Positions 1 through 9,798 are shown, counted from the first letter of the stretch. The stretch: DNA of 64,000 bases from Candidatus Falkowbacteria bacterium RIFOXYC2_FULL_36_12 (GCA_001778235.1 MFGJ01000007.1:193476-257475); one strand, 5' to 3'. Notes: generated from the sequence alone by a model not told the origin. Numbers and translations: made by a program.

Positions 1-627
1 TATCACCACAGGATAATCCTGATTGGAGTCAAGAGGAATCAATTCAATGCCAGGATAATAGGACATGAGTATTGCTACTTGGTCAAAATATTGCTCAACA
101 GGGAAACAAATCTGCGAATTATTTTCGATCGTAGTAAACTGAATTGCTTCATCCTTTATCAAGCGTTGAAGGTTGTCTTGACCTTGCTTGGAATTGATGA
201 CAACATTAACACATTTATTTTTGAGTAAATTTACAATTTCAAAATCCTTCAGCCAGAGAAAAGAGCTTTTCCAAGATTGAATTTGCTGATCAATCTTTTC
301 ACCTGTATTACCCATGAGCTCTGAATGAAGATATAAGCCAGAATATTTAAATTTTGAATCATCTATGTTTTTTGTTGACAAACTCTCCTCAACTTTACTG
401 GTAAATAAATTGGCAATTTCAGATTTTATTTTGGCTGAAGTTGTTTCACCAAAGGCCTCTTCTGGTGTCGGCCAATTCTGAAGATTGTCATAGGCAGACA
501 AATCAAATTTAGGTGGATTGGCAAGATTTTTACCCTGGAAAAAGTTGTAAGACCAAATAACAAAACCAGCTGATATTATAATCACCAAGATAATAAGTAC
601 ATATTTACCTGAAACTTTTTTTAACAT
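1..627 (-). CDS. Hypothetical membrane-anchored protein, 5' portion (ATG at 625-627); runs off the window edge
   Basis: Hand translation of the minus strand gives an uninterrupted 209-codon frame from ATG (MLKKVSGKYVLIILVIIISAGFVIW...) to position 1. It has an N-terminal TM helix and begins 1 nt after the stop of the upstream gene. It is not in the ORF track because it is truncated. Confidence 0.55.
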   Translation of the reverse strand, partial: MLKKVSGKYVLIILVIIISAGFVIWSYNFFQGKNLANPPKFDLSAYDNLQNWPTPEEAFGETTSAKIKSEIANLFTSKVEESLSTKNIDDSKFKYSGLYLHSELMGNTGEKIDQQIQSWKSSFLWLKDFEIVNLLKNKCVNVVINSKQGQDNLQRLIKDEAIQFTTIENNSQICFPVEQYFDQVAILMSYYPGIELIPLDSNQDYPVVI

Positions 628-628
628 A

Positions 629-1687
629 TTAATACTCCACTGGAGGAAAATGATCAGGGACTACTTCGATCCAAGTTGGTCCAGCATTAAAATTAATTTC
701 ATGATTGTCTACATCAAAAAAGCGGGTTCGGTTGTTGACAGAATCTCGTTGCCAGACCCCATCAATGGCGCGACCATCGAGGAAAATCGTTGCATTACCA
801 CTACCTATTGTTTCAGTAAAACGACGGCCATAATCATCAATTATTTTGCTTTCTGAATACATGATAACCAAATTTTTAGTTGAGAGTTGATTTCTATCTG
901 AATCTAAATATTTTAACCCAGCTTGAGATCGCAAATACGAATTGGTAGAAGAATCATAAGTCCAATCAACCTCATGAGATGGCTGGCCAAAATCAATCTT
1001 TATATTTAATACTTGCCCCCTGTCCTCAATACCGGCGTCAGCCTTAAATATCCAGCTGTCAAATTGGTCAAATTCATCCCAACCTTTCTCTGAAGTGGCT
1101 TGAGTAACAAGAGCCATTGAAGTCATGGAATTGTGTGGAGCAAAACGATAGATATCTCGCCAAAAATAACCACCATTAGAAAATTCATTTAAATCATAAA
1201 TATTGCGAGAAGGTATTAGGGTCAGAGCTTCATCTGATCCCCCGACATGAACATAAACGGCCTTAAATTCAGAGGCCCAATCAACAAAATATGGACGAGC
1301 TGAACGAATCGGACCGATTTCTTCAATCTGACTTGAACTATCAAATACAGCTACTAAACGAGTAATTGACCCCTCGGCAATAGCTTCATAAACCAAAGAT
1401 GCTTGGCTTAAACCTGATGGTGGGTTGGCATCTGTATGATTGTCAATCATGACAACTACTGGGAATGACTCGGATACTGTATCAGAAAGACATAAGCCAT
1501 CAAGCTTACGACGCGCCTGGCATTTATTTTCAATGTCAGTGTTATTTGGCGATTCAGCTACAACTTGATCGGTGTTGTTTGGCCATTTGAGCACAAGATA
1601 GATGCTGGCAACCATTATGACAAAAATAAAAATAATTAAAGGTAGTATACTTAAATTCCGTTTCCATGAAAAAGATAATTTTTCCAT
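629..1687 (-). CDS. DUF3048-family (YerB-like) secreted or membrane-anchored protein
   Basis: 352 aa with an N-terminal TM and a 'VVMIDNHTDANPPSGL' motif plus overall architecture resembling DUF3048 lipoproteins. Confidence 0.55.
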   Translation of the reverse strand: MEKLSFSWKRNLSILPLIIFIFVIMVASIYLVLKWPNNTDQVVAESPNNTDIENKCQARRKLDGLCLSDTVSESFPVVVMIDNHTDANPPSGLSQASLVYEAIAEGSITRLVAVFDSSSQIEEIGPIRSARPYFVDWASEFKAVYVHVGGSDEALTLIPSRNIYDLNEFSNGGYFWRDIYRFAPHNSMTSMALVTQATSEKGWDEFDQFDSWIFKADAGIEDRGQVLNIKIDFGQPSHEVDWTYDSSTNSYLRSQAGLKYLDSDRNQLSTKNLVIMYSESKIIDDYGRRFTETIGSGNATIFLDGRAIDGVWQRDSVNNRTRFFDVDNHEINFNAGPTWIEVVPDHFPPVEY

Positions 1688-1810
1688 AAATATTCTGAAA
1701 TAAATAATTAAAGTTAATTTACGATTTTTCTATTATGACTTTAGACAAAAAAAGAATACCGTCATAAAAACATTATACGGTACTCTTTGTATTTTATCAA
1801 AATCTGATAA

Positions 1811-2506
1811 TTATTCTGGTTTTTTCGCTTCTCCAGCTGGCTCTTCAGCTTTGTCTTCTGCTGACGATTCTCCTGATTCAGCCTTTTCTTCACCTTCAAC
1901 CTTTGGTAATTCTTCAGTTGGCTTTTCATCGACAAGAACTTCTTCAATAATAGCATTAACTGTAGCCACTGTGTCGTCTTTGTCGGCCATGATTTCAACA
2001 CCTTCAGGTACTTGCAAATCTTTGACATGAATAACAGCATCAAATGTTTTCAAAACACTTAAATCAACCTTAATCTCTGAAAGCAAATCTTTTGGTAAAC
2101 ACTTGATAGTAACTTCATCAATCGGAGTTGAAAGCATACCACCAAGAGCTTTGACCGCAGGTGCTTCACCAATAAATTCAAGTTCAACCACTGCTTCAAT
2201 CTTTTGACCACGCTTGATCTTGTAGAAATCAACATGATGAATCAAGGGTTTTACCGGGTTGTAAACTACATCTTTGATAAGCACCTCCATTGGGTCTTTC
2301 TCACCTTCGATAGTTAAATTAATAAGACTACTCTCACCTGCTTCACTGTAAAGCTTTTTCATGTCAGCTTCACGCATTTTAATGTAAAAATTTTGTTCTA
2401 ATTCTGGACCATAAACCACACCAGATACCATACCTTGTTCTGCTAAATCTTTTACATTTCTGCCCATCTCCAATCTCTTTTTGACTGAAAAATTGAATAC
2501 TTGCAT
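1811..2506 (-). CDS. rplY: 50S ribosomal protein L25 / general stress protein Ctc with acidic C-terminal tail
   Basis: MQVFNFSVKKRLEMGRNVKDL...VVYG...HHVDFYKI matches the L25/Ctc fold. The ORF-track N-terminus (1811..2569) is probably an over-extension; the internal Met at 2506 is the likely start. Confidence 0.8.
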   Translation of the reverse strand: MQVFNFSVKKRLEMGRNVKDLAEQGMVSGVVYGPELEQNFYIKMREADMKKLYSEAGESSLINLTIEGEKDPMEVLIKDVVYNPVKPLIHHVDFYKIKRGQKIEAVVELEFIGEAPAVKALGGMLSTPIDEVTIKCLPKDLLSEIKVDLSVLKTFDAVIHVKDLQVPEGVEIMADKDDTVATVNAIIEEVLVDEKPTEELPKVEGEEKAESGESSAEDKAEEPAGEAKKPE

Positions 2507-2570
2507 AAGTTTTTCATTGTTTAATTTATAAAGTAACAATATTATAGTAAATATGGATAAAAATGTCAAG

Positions 2571-2741
2571 CGAGAACAGCCCGCCTACGCTAAAGCTATG
2601 GCGGGTAAACGAGTACAGCGAGTAAAGCAAGTACAGCGAGTACAGCCCCGAATTGGATGCTGTGCATCACTTCATGGCAGGCGAGAAAAGTTTCGGAGTA
2701 GAGGTTTCCGCCAGCCCGTTGCCAGGCAACGGGCTGGCGAG
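2571..2741. repeat. R1 intergenic repeat: GC hairpin CCCGCC...GGCGGG (2580-2605), four tandem 9-mers CGAGTACAG/CAAGTACAG (2610-2645), and a second strong hairpin GCCAGCCCGT..ACGGGCTGGC (2710-2738)
   Basis: The same hairpin plus 9-mer tandem unit recurs at 12681-12724, 33284-33370 and 62402-62505. Confidence 0.8.
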
Positions 2742-2816
2742 ATTTATCAATATTGACAATATTAATTAAATATGATAATCTTATTTTTAGCCTTCTCACA
2801 GGAAAGGAACAAACCA

Positions 2817-3073
2817 TGAATCTACCTGAAATGATCAGATGTTTTCCAATTAGGCTTCTTTGGGGAAATAATAATAAGCTTAATCTTATCTATGAAAACG
2901 AAGATGCATGGTTCTGCACCTATAACTTGACAGGAAAAAATTCTATTCTGGATAAAATCAAGTTTATTGACGGAGGTCAGAGTGTGATACTCTTTAGATT
3001 CCTTCCCGAACCTGGTTGGATTTTGTCAGAGCTTAGAATCAGACGAGATTTCCATGCTCCAGGTACTTATTAA
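2817..3073 (+). CDS. Hypothetical small protein (85 aa from MNLPEM)
   Basis: ORF with an AGGAAAGGA Shine-Dalgarno 8 nt upstream of the ATG at 2817. The longer ORF-track start at 2753 lies within the R1 repeat. Confidence 0.4.
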
Positions 3074-3148
3074 AATTTTCAGTTGTATCATCAGCTGATT
3101 TTTTAATCTAAATAAAAACACTCAACATCAAATTTGCGAGTGTAATTT

Positions 3149-3469
3149 CTAAACTAAATTAAACAAAGTATTTTCATCGGTCTGAATTGTTTGATACAAA
3201 TCAAGAACATCATCAGTAGAAACAGGTTTACTCTGGGAAAATTTGACTACTTCTTCACTAGAAAGATCAGTAAGAAGGCCAAGAGAACTTATGCCATTTT
3301 GATTGGATGTAATCAGGACCAAAACTCGACTCTTGCATTTTCGGCATTGAACATATAATAAATGAGAATCTTGATTTTCATTTAAAACTTTTATCTGTGC
3401 TGGGAAATTCTGACTGTTGCAGACCGGACAGTTGGAGATTATTTTTAATTGATCAGAATTATTAAACAT
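3149..3469 (-). CDS. Hypothetical zinc-ribbon protein (CPxC...CxxC)
   Basis: 106 aa with two Cys pairs (CPVC, CRKC). A TTGACT-17-TACAAT promoter lies upstream on the minus strand. Confidence 0.45.
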   Translation of the reverse strand: MFNNSDQLKIISNCPVCNSQNFPAQIKVLNENQDSHLLYVQCRKCKSRVLVLITSNQNGISSLGLLTDLSSEEVVKFSQSKPVSTDDVLDLYQTIQTDENTLFNLV

Positions 3470-3633
3470 AAATAAATATTAAATATAATAATATTGTAAC
3501 CTTTGGGAGACTGAAAGTCAAAAAATTAATACTACCTAACGATTTTCTGTCGTAGTTGACAAAAAAACCTACAAATTTGCATTAGGTGACTGGTTAACGA
3601 AAAAAACAAGAATTAGCTAATTTAAAATTTAGC

Positions 3634-4731
3634 CTACTCGCTTACAATCACACTTTCAGCAAACCCAATCAGAATAAAACAAGCAATCATAAAACTACCA
3701 CCATAACTGGTAAAGGGCAAAGAAATTCCTGTAACTGGCAATAAACCCATATTCATACCAACATTGACTAAAAGATGAATAAAAAATAAACAGGCAATAC
3801 CTAGTAGCAAATACATACCAAAATCATCGCGAGCTTTTTTGGCTGATTGGATTAAACGATAAAATATTAGAACCCAAAGAGCCAACATCAAGCTAACGCC
3901 AAGTAAACCAAGCTCTTCGGCAACAACGGCAAAGACAAAATCTGTCTGACTTTCTGGGATAAATTTCAGCTGACTTTGGGAGCCGAACCCTAGTCCACGC
4001 CCCATTAGATTGCCAGAGCCGACCGCAATTATGGCCTGCGTGACATTATAACCACTGCCAAGTGGATCAAGTTCTGGATTGAGAAAAGTCAAAACACGAT
4101 TTTTCTGATAATCAGCAAAAGCAAAAGTCCAAAGCAGAAGAACTATCAAGGCTAACGACACCAGCATGGTTGCAACATAGCGAAGTCTGACTCCAGAGAT
4201 AATCATTAATAAAACCCAAATTCCGAACAAGACTGAAGCAGAACCAACATCAGGTTGCAATAAAACCAAAAAGACTAGGATCATTGTACCAACCAAACTT
4301 ACAACAATATGTTTTGCTTGATTAAACTGGTGAAATCTATTAGCAAAAAAACGAGCCAAGAATAACAGTAAGCCAATCTTGGCAATTTCAACAGGCTGAA
4401 ATCTCAAACCAATAAAATTGAACCAGCCGGTGGTGCCACGAACTGTGCTACCGAAAAATAAAACCAATATTAATAATATAATTGAGCCGAGATAGACATA
4501 TCGGCTATATAGACGGAAAGCTGAAAAATTTATTGCACTCAAAATCAAAATAAATATCAAACCTAACCCAAAATAGACCAATTGTTTCTTGAAATTGGTA
4601 AAATCTGGATTTTCACTACTTAGGCTGACGCTGTAAATGGCAGTTAAACCAATGACAACTAACAATACAACTGAACCAAAAAGAAGAAAATCAAATTTTC
4701 GAAATTTTGCGCGGAGACTACTTAAAAGCAT
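3634..4731 (-). CDS. rodA: SEDS-family peptidoglycan glycosyltransferase (RodA/FtsW-like)
   Basis: 365 aa polytopic membrane protein with a typical FtsW/RodA/SpoVE profile. It is the second SEDS paralogue in the window; the other lies in the dcw cluster. Confidence 0.8.
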   Translation of the reverse strand: MLLSSLRAKFRKFDFLLFGSVVLLVVIGLTAIYSVSLSSENPDFTNFKKQLVYFGLGLIFILILSAINFSAFRLYSRYVYLGSIILLILVLFFGSTVRGTTGWFNFIGLRFQPVEIAKIGLLLFLARFFANRFHQFNQAKHIVVSLVGTMILVFLVLLQPDVGSASVLFGIWVLLMIISGVRLRYVATMLVSLALIVLLLWTFAFADYQKNRVLTFLNPELDPLGSGYNVTQAIIAVGSGNLMGRGLGFGSQSQLKFIPESQTDFVFAVVAEELGLLGVSLMLALWVLIFYRLIQSAKKARDDFGMYLLLGIACLFFIHLLVNVGMNMGLLPVTGISLPFTSYGGSFMIACFILIGFAESVIVSE

Positions 4732-4784
4732 AAAAAATGAGTTACCTCATTTTTTATTATTAATGATATTTTAATTTTTGACAA

Positions 4785-5738
4785 CTAATTTTCAATTTCA
4801 GAATAAATTTGTTCTGCTTCAAAGCCTTTGAAACTATCAGGATTTAAAAAATCAACATCAGGATAAATTTCAATTTTTGATGGAGTGGAAATATTATTAA
4901 AAATACTCAAGGAAATATCGGTTTTTTCACCAGCATCAAGCTTGGCAACGGGATAGACGGTGGCATAGATCAAACGGCTACCCTGAAAAAGTAAAATCTT
5001 ATTGTAAACATCCCAGAAATTATACGCGCCTTTATTTTCAACTGAAAAATTCAGATTGCTAACATTGGCGACATCGGTTTGGCTGGCTGGGATAAATTTA
5101 CTGTCCTGAACTTCGAGCTGATATATTTTTTCCTTTAACTCTGGGTAGTGAGCTTGTTTTTTCCACTTGATACTATCCACCACCAAGGTTACTGGCTGGT
5201 TCGGTGTGATATTTTTGACACCAGTGGCCATGAGATAGTCTATCTGGGCCGGTAAAACAAAGGCAGTATAAACCTCTGTCACCTCACCATTTGATTCAAA
5301 GTGATATTGTATTTCAGGAATATACCAAGAAGTATTTATATTGCTTACTTCAGCAACAATGTTTGACTCGGTATCATTGGCTTTGATGCTAACGGCATAA
5401 TTCACAGTCAGCGGAGATGGCTTTGAGATTTCACTCAAATATTGGTAATTGAGACTTGGGCTGGTCAAAGCCTGATACATGGTATTTTTACTTGGGAGGT
5501 CCAGAAGGTAAAGATTCAAAATAGTATATAAAATAAAAATAGCTAAAATTAAATCAAACAGAGCTAGAACTAAGATAGTAAGTCGGCGGATGAGTAGTTT
5601 GTGAGCCACATACCAAAACCCGACTTTCATTTGATCAGCGGTTAATTCGCCACCTGTAGGGGTAAATTCAGCATGAGGTGGTTTGGGGATATTAGTTTCA
5701 ATTTTATTTGTATTTTGTGTTTGTTTTTGTCCGAACAT
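4785..5738 (-). CDS. Hypothetical bitopic membrane protein encoded next to the rodA-like gene
   Basis: 317 aa with one TM helix after an approximately 50 aa cytoplasmic N-terminus. No PBP SxxK motif was seen. Confidence 0.45.
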   Translation of the reverse strand: MFGQKQTQNTNKIETNIPKPPHAEFTPTGGELTADQMKVGFWYVAHKLLIRRLTILVLALFDLILAIFILYTILNLYLLDLPSKNTMYQALTSPSLNYQYLSEISKPSPLTVNYAVSIKANDTESNIVAEVSNINTSWYIPEIQYHFESNGEVTEVYTAFVLPAQIDYLMATGVKNITPNQPVTLVVDSIKWKKQAHYPELKEKIYQLEVQDSKFIPASQTDVANVSNLNFSVENKGAYNFWDVYNKILLFQGSRLIYATVYPVAKLDAGEKTDISLSIFNNISTPSKIEIYPDVDFLNPDSFKGFEAEQIYSEIEN

Positions 5739-5930
5739 AGTTTTTCAATTTAATAAATTATACCATAATTAATCTCAAGTGACAAAATCTTATAAACAGA
5801 ATCTAGGTAAGGATCACTTAACAAAACAGGTAAAGTTTGATATAATGAGGTTAATTATTGTTACAATTGAATTGATTTAAATTCAAAGTCCAAACTTGAT
5901 ACATATTATTAATTACTCAAAATAATAGTT

Positions 5931-8030
5931 ATGCCGAAAAAAGAAGTTAACAAAAAACCAAAAACTGATAAAAAAAACTCCCAAGCTTATGGTGCTGAAC
6001 AGATTACTGTACTTGAAGGACTAGATCCTGTCAGAAAAAGACCTGGAATGTATATTGGGAATACAGCTGGTGAAGGTTTGCATCATTTGATTTGGGAAGT
6101 GGTAAATAATTCAATTGATGAAGCCATGGCTGGCTACTGTACAGAAGTTGTGGTCAAAATTCTACCGGATAATGAGGTTGAAGTGATTGATAATGGTCGA
6201 GGTATTCCAGTTGAAATCCACAAAGCAACAAAAGTCTCTGCCCTAGAAACCGTAATGACAAAACTCCATGCTGGCGGAAAATTTGGTCAAGGTGGATACA
6301 AAGTTTCTGGTGGATTGCATGGTGTTGGTGTTTCCGTTGTTAATGCCTTGTCTACACTGACAATCGCAAAAGTCAAAAGAGATGGAAATGTCTATGAACA
6401 AGAATATAAAATCGGTAAACCTCAAAAAAAGGTAAAAGTTATTGGAAAAGTAACTATACCAAAAAAACTGGACCCTTTTTTTCCGGAAGAACTGTATAAG
6501 ATGGGAACTTCAATAAAATTTAAACCTGACAGTACAATATTTACTGAAACTGTGTTTGATTGGGATAAAATTTTGAATTATTTGAGACAACAAGCATATC
6601 TGACAAAGGGTGTTAAATTACTTGCCTTTGATCTTCGGGACAAAGATAAACCAAAAGATTTTGCTTTCTTTTTTGAAGGAGGAATAAGTTCCTATGCCAA
6701 ACATCTAAATCACCAAGATAAGCCAATTCATGAAAATATATTTTATGTTGACAAGACCCTTGATGAGGTAAATGTTGAGATCGCTTTCCGTTATATTGAT
6801 GAATATCATGAAACAGTTGTAGCTTTTACCAACAATATTACCAATCCTGAAGGAGGTAGCCATGTAGCTGGATTTAGGACTGCCTTGACACGAACCTTGA
6901 ATTCATACGCTAGAAAACACAATATATTAAAAGAAAAAGATGAAAATCTATCTGGTGATGATGTCAGAGAAGGGTTAACTGCGGTTATAAGTGTAAAAGT
7001 TAAAGATCCGCAATTTGAAGGTCAGACCAAGGCAAAATTGGGAAATGCAGAAGTCAAACCAGCGGTTGATCAGGTGCTGTCAGAATCTTTGGATATATTT
7101 CTTGAAGAGCATCCAAAAGACGCTGAAGCTTTTATTGGGAAATCATTGCTCGCGGCCCAGGCCAGAAAAGCTTCTCGAGCGGCGCGCGAGACCGTTCTTC
7201 GAAAAGGTGTTTTGGAAAGTTTATCACTTCCTGGAAAATTGGCTGACTGTTCTTCAAAAAATCCTGATGAATGTGAACTTTATATTGTTGAGGGAGACTC
7301 TGCTGGTGGTTCAGCGAAACAAGGACGAAGCAGAAATTTTCAGGCAATACTTCCCCTTCGAGGAAAAATTATCAACATTGAAAAAGCCCGCATTGACAAG
7401 ATGTTAGCTAACAATGAAGTAAAATCATTAATAATTGCTCTTGGAACTAACTTTGGCGAGCAAATGGAAATTGGAAAACTACGATATGGCAAAGTCATCA
7501 TCATGACCGATGCTGATGTTGATGGAGCGCACATCCGAACATTGCTTTTGACTTTGTTTTTCCGACATTTTTATCCTTTAATACAAAATGGTAATCTCTA
7601 TATTGCCCAACCACCATTATTCCAAGTGAAAAAAGGCAAAAATATTGAATATGTTTATTCAGAAGAAGAGCTGGAAATAACTTTAGAGAAGTTCAAAAAA
7701 TTAAAAGATGAACCAAAAGCCAAGAAAGAGCAGGAAGAAACCGAGCAAGCTGATGAAGAAATAAAAGAAGCTGATATTGAACAAGTAGAAATCCAAGACC
7801 AAGCATTAAAAGGAGTGTCTATTCAACGATACAAAGGTTTGGGAGAGATGAATCCGACTCAACTGTGGGATACAACCATGAATCCAGAAACCAGGGTTTT
7901 GAAACAGGTGACGGTTGCTGATGTGGATAAGGCTGACGAGGTCTTTGATATTCTAATGGGGGCAGAAGTTGCACCAAGAAAAAGATTTATACAAACTCAT
8001 GCCAAGTCTGTGAAGAATTTGGATGTTTAG
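5931..8030 (+). CDS. gyrB: DNA gyrase / topoisomerase IV subunit B
   Basis: 699 aa carrying the GHKL ATPase motifs (HHLIWEVVNNSIDEAMAGY), the Toprim domain and the C-terminal EGDSAGGS motif. Confidence 0.9.
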   Translation: MPKKEVNKKPKTDKKNSQAYGAEQITVLEGLDPVRKRPGMYIGNTAGEGLHHLIWEVVNNSIDEAMAGYCTEVVVKILPDNEVEVIDNGRGIPVEIHKATKVSALETVMTKLHAGGKFGQGGYKVSGGLHGVGVSVVNALSTLTIAKVKRDGNVYEQEYKIGKPQKKVKVIGKVTIPKKLDPFFPEELYKMGTSIKFKPDSTIFTETVFDWDKILNYLRQQAYLTKGVKLLAFDLRDKDKPKDFAFFFEGGISSYAKHLNHQDKPIHENIFYVDKTLDEVNVEIAFRYIDEYHETVVAFTNNITNPEGGSHVAGFRTALTRTLNSYARKHNILKEKDENLSGDDVREGLTAVISVKVKDPQFEGQTKAKLGNAEVKPAVDQVLSESLDIFLEEHPKDAEAFIGKSLLAAQARKASRAARETVLRKGVLESLSLPGKLADCSSKNPDECELYIVEGDSAGGSAKQGRSRNFQAILPLRGKIINIEKARIDKMLANNEVKSLIIALGTNFGEQMEIGKLRYGKVIIMTDADVDGAHIRTLLLTLFFRHFYPLIQNGNLYIAQPPLFQVKKGKNIEYVYSEEELEITLEKFKKLKDEPKAKKEQEETEQADEEIKEADIEQVEIQDQALKGVSIQRYKGLGEMNPTQLWDTTMNPETRVLKQVTVADVDKADEVFDILMGAEVAPRKRFIQTHAKSVKNLDV

Positions 8031-8087
8031 CTGGGAGTAACTAGTAATTAGAAACTAGGGACTAGGGTTAATAAGAAAAAATATATA

Positions 8088-8120
8088 AAAAAACAGCTGA
8101 AGTTAGTCAGTTGTTTTTTT
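8088..8120. terminator. Bidirectional rho-independent terminator (A-run, hairpin ACAGCUGA/UCAGUUGU, T-run)
   Basis: The hairpin is flanked by A6 and T7. An identical 30-nt copy lies at 8399-8430. Confidence 0.7.
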
Positions 8121-8398
8121 GGATAGTAAGATTGATGTTGCTAAAGCAAGTTTTTTTCAGATAAAGTGATTGATTACGCTCTGCGTGGTACTTTTTGATG
8201 GCAAAAAGTACCCAAAAACCATTGGGGGCTTTAATTGCTACTTATAAAAAACATTTCGTGCTTTGAACACGGCAAAAAGCCCCCAAACCCGAGGCTCACC
8301 ATGTTTGTGGGGATGAATAATAAAATTAATGATTGGTTTTGCTAAAGCATGCCCCAGACCTAGAGTTATCAAGCTTCATTCTTTTTACTTATAAATAA
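8121..8398. ncRNA. Candidate structured non-coding RNA or element bounded by two identical terminators
   Basis: This 278 bp segment has no ORF. It contains stems such as GGGGGCUUU...AAAGCCCCC and GUACUUUUUGAUGGCAAAAAGUAC. Its strand and identity are unknown. Confidence 0.3.
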
Positions 8399-8430
8399 AA
8401 AAACAGCTGAAGTTAGTCAGTTGTTTAAAT
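8399..8430. terminator. Second copy of the bidirectional terminator, serving the minus-strand gene ending at 8425
   Basis: On the minus strand the hairpin is followed by a U-run. Confidence 0.7.
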
Positions 8431-8859
8431 TCTTGTAAATCGTTGCCACCAAGGATTGTCCAATGTGTCAGTGATGAAAATATAACAAACATTACATTCG
8501 GCATTTGGAGTTGTTTTTTCCGAGAATAAAGGACTGGTTTGATGTGGCATGTATGCAGTTAGAACTCTGAATTCAGGGTCATTTGGATTTGTCCCGCCTT
8601 CAATCAGAAAGCAAACCGTCTCAACAAATTGTTCAAAGTCAAATTCTTCCTTTTCCCGTTTCAGTGGCTCGAAAAAAGCAACAACTGCTTTGCGCATCTG
8701 TAAATCTGTTTCAGATCGTCTGCGTGAGTCAAAACCATAACCAAAACTTTCTTCGCCAACAAACACTGACATAGTCTGCGTGGTGATGTAATTTTCACCT
8801 TTTGGGATCCGCCCTGTTACACGACCAATAGCACCAAAAAACAAAACAATCTCTTTCAT
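8425..8859 (-). CDS. Island gene C: hypothetical 144-aa protein (start MKEIVLFF)
   Basis: A GGAGG Shine-Dalgarno sits 7 nt upstream of the ATG at 8859, and the gene has its own TTGACT-17-TAAGAT promoter. Its GC content is visibly higher than the flanks. No recognisable family. Confidence 0.5.
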   Translation of the reverse strand: MKEIVLFFGAIGRVTGRIPKGENYITTQTMSVFVGEESFGYGFDSRRRSETDLQMRKAVVAFFEPLKREKEEFDFEQFVETVCFLIEGGTNPNDPEFRVLTAYMPHQTSPLFSEKTTPNAECNVCYIFITDTLDNPWWQRFTRI

Positions 8860-8980
8860 GCTGGCCTCCGTGGGGTGCTGGGGATGTAAGCATGTTACAA
8901 AAAAAGATTGAAGATTGAAGATCAAAGATCTGTTGATTATACTGAATCTTACAATAATTAATAGCCAAAGTCAATAAAAA

Positions 8981-9001
8981 ATTTACGAAATTTTCGTAAA
9001 T
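8981..9001. promoter_or_regulatory. Perfect palindrome ATTTACGAAA-T-TTTCGTAAAT just upstream of the gene C promoter; candidate operator
   Basis: A 10+10 inverted repeat lies 7 nt beyond the -35 element (plus-strand 8969-8974). Confidence 0.5.
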
Positions 9002-9007
9002 TTATTT

Positions 9008-9769
9008 TTATTCATCACACCAAAGGCTACCGTCAATCGAGACGCTTTGTAACTTATCATCTAACTTTAGGCCGAATCGCAATCCAAGAACTTTAAGCCC
9101 AGCGATAAAAGCGACAACCATTGAAGAGTCACCAGTCATATGTAAGGATATAAGTCTTTCCATGATTTCAATAAAGACCAAAAGTTGCTTCAACCTATTT
9201 TTGGCCCAGATTTCCATTCCTGCCAACTGCACCTCAATTGCAACATTATTAATGCTGTTACGAGTCAAAAACAGGTTAAAAGTAATTCTGTGATCTTTAT
9301 CGTAGAACACATCAATCTGCGCTGATTTGTACTGCGAAGAGAGCACCTGCCACCAAGTTTTCTCCTTATTATCATAAACTGCAATACTGCATTCTGATTT
9401 TTCATCTAGATCAATATCCTCTTTGATTTCCGGACGAGGTCTGACAATTCCGCCATAAGTAGTGTAATTGTAACTGACATCATATTTACTGACTTCAATC
9501 ATCTTACATAGCACATCTCCGATGGCAGTTAATGTCCACTGCTTAATCCTGTGTCGCAGTTCGCGAATAAAGCTCCTCAAAAAGTTATCCAACTCCGTGC
9601 TCATGGAATCAGTGATCTCTTGAATTGTGATGCGTTTTGAGTCAAGATGGACATCAATGATTATTTTGTTTTTAAACTTGAAGCCACCTGGATCAAATGT
9701 TCCTGGTACATGATTATCTTCAAACCCATAATCAATGATAAATGTCTTGTGTTTACAATCGAGATTCAT
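9008..9769 (-). CDS. Island gene B: hypothetical 253-aa protein (start MNLDCKHK)
   Basis: An AGGAGAA Shine-Dalgarno precedes the ATG at 9769. It contains GG-x11-DIDLD (YGGIVRPRPEIKEDIDLD), reminiscent of the minimal nucleotidyltransferase G[SG]...DxD motif. Confidence 0.5.
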   Translation of the reverse strand: MNLDCKHKTFIIDYGFEDNHVPGTFDPGGFKFKNKIIIDVHLDSKRITIQEITDSMSTELDNFLRSFIRELRHRIKQWTLTAIGDVLCKMIEVSKYDVSYNYTTYGGIVRPRPEIKEDIDLDEKSECSIAVYDNKEKTWWQVLSSQYKSAQIDVFYDKDHRITFNLFLTRNSINNVAIEVQLAGMEIWAKNRLKQLLVFIEIMERLISLHMTGDSSMVVAFIAGLKVLGLRFGLKLDDKLQSVSIDGSLWCDE

Positions 9770-9798
9770 GCTGGTTCTCCTGTCTGGGTGGTCAACTG

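Noticed and set aside
1762-2043. 93-aa Lys-rich ORF overlapping rplY
   Set aside because: It is an antisense or out-of-frame reading of the acidic C-terminal tail of L25.
2553-2817. ORFs 2553..2756 (+) and 2596..2817 (-)
   Set aside because: They fall entirely within the R1 repeat and hairpin region. Their translations are repeat-derived (VQRVKQVQRVQ) and they have no Shine-Dalgarno.
6243-7534. Several 60-130-aa ORFs inside gyrB on both strands
   Set aside because: They are embedded in a confidently identified, conserved gene. Alternative frames like these are typical in AT-rich DNA.
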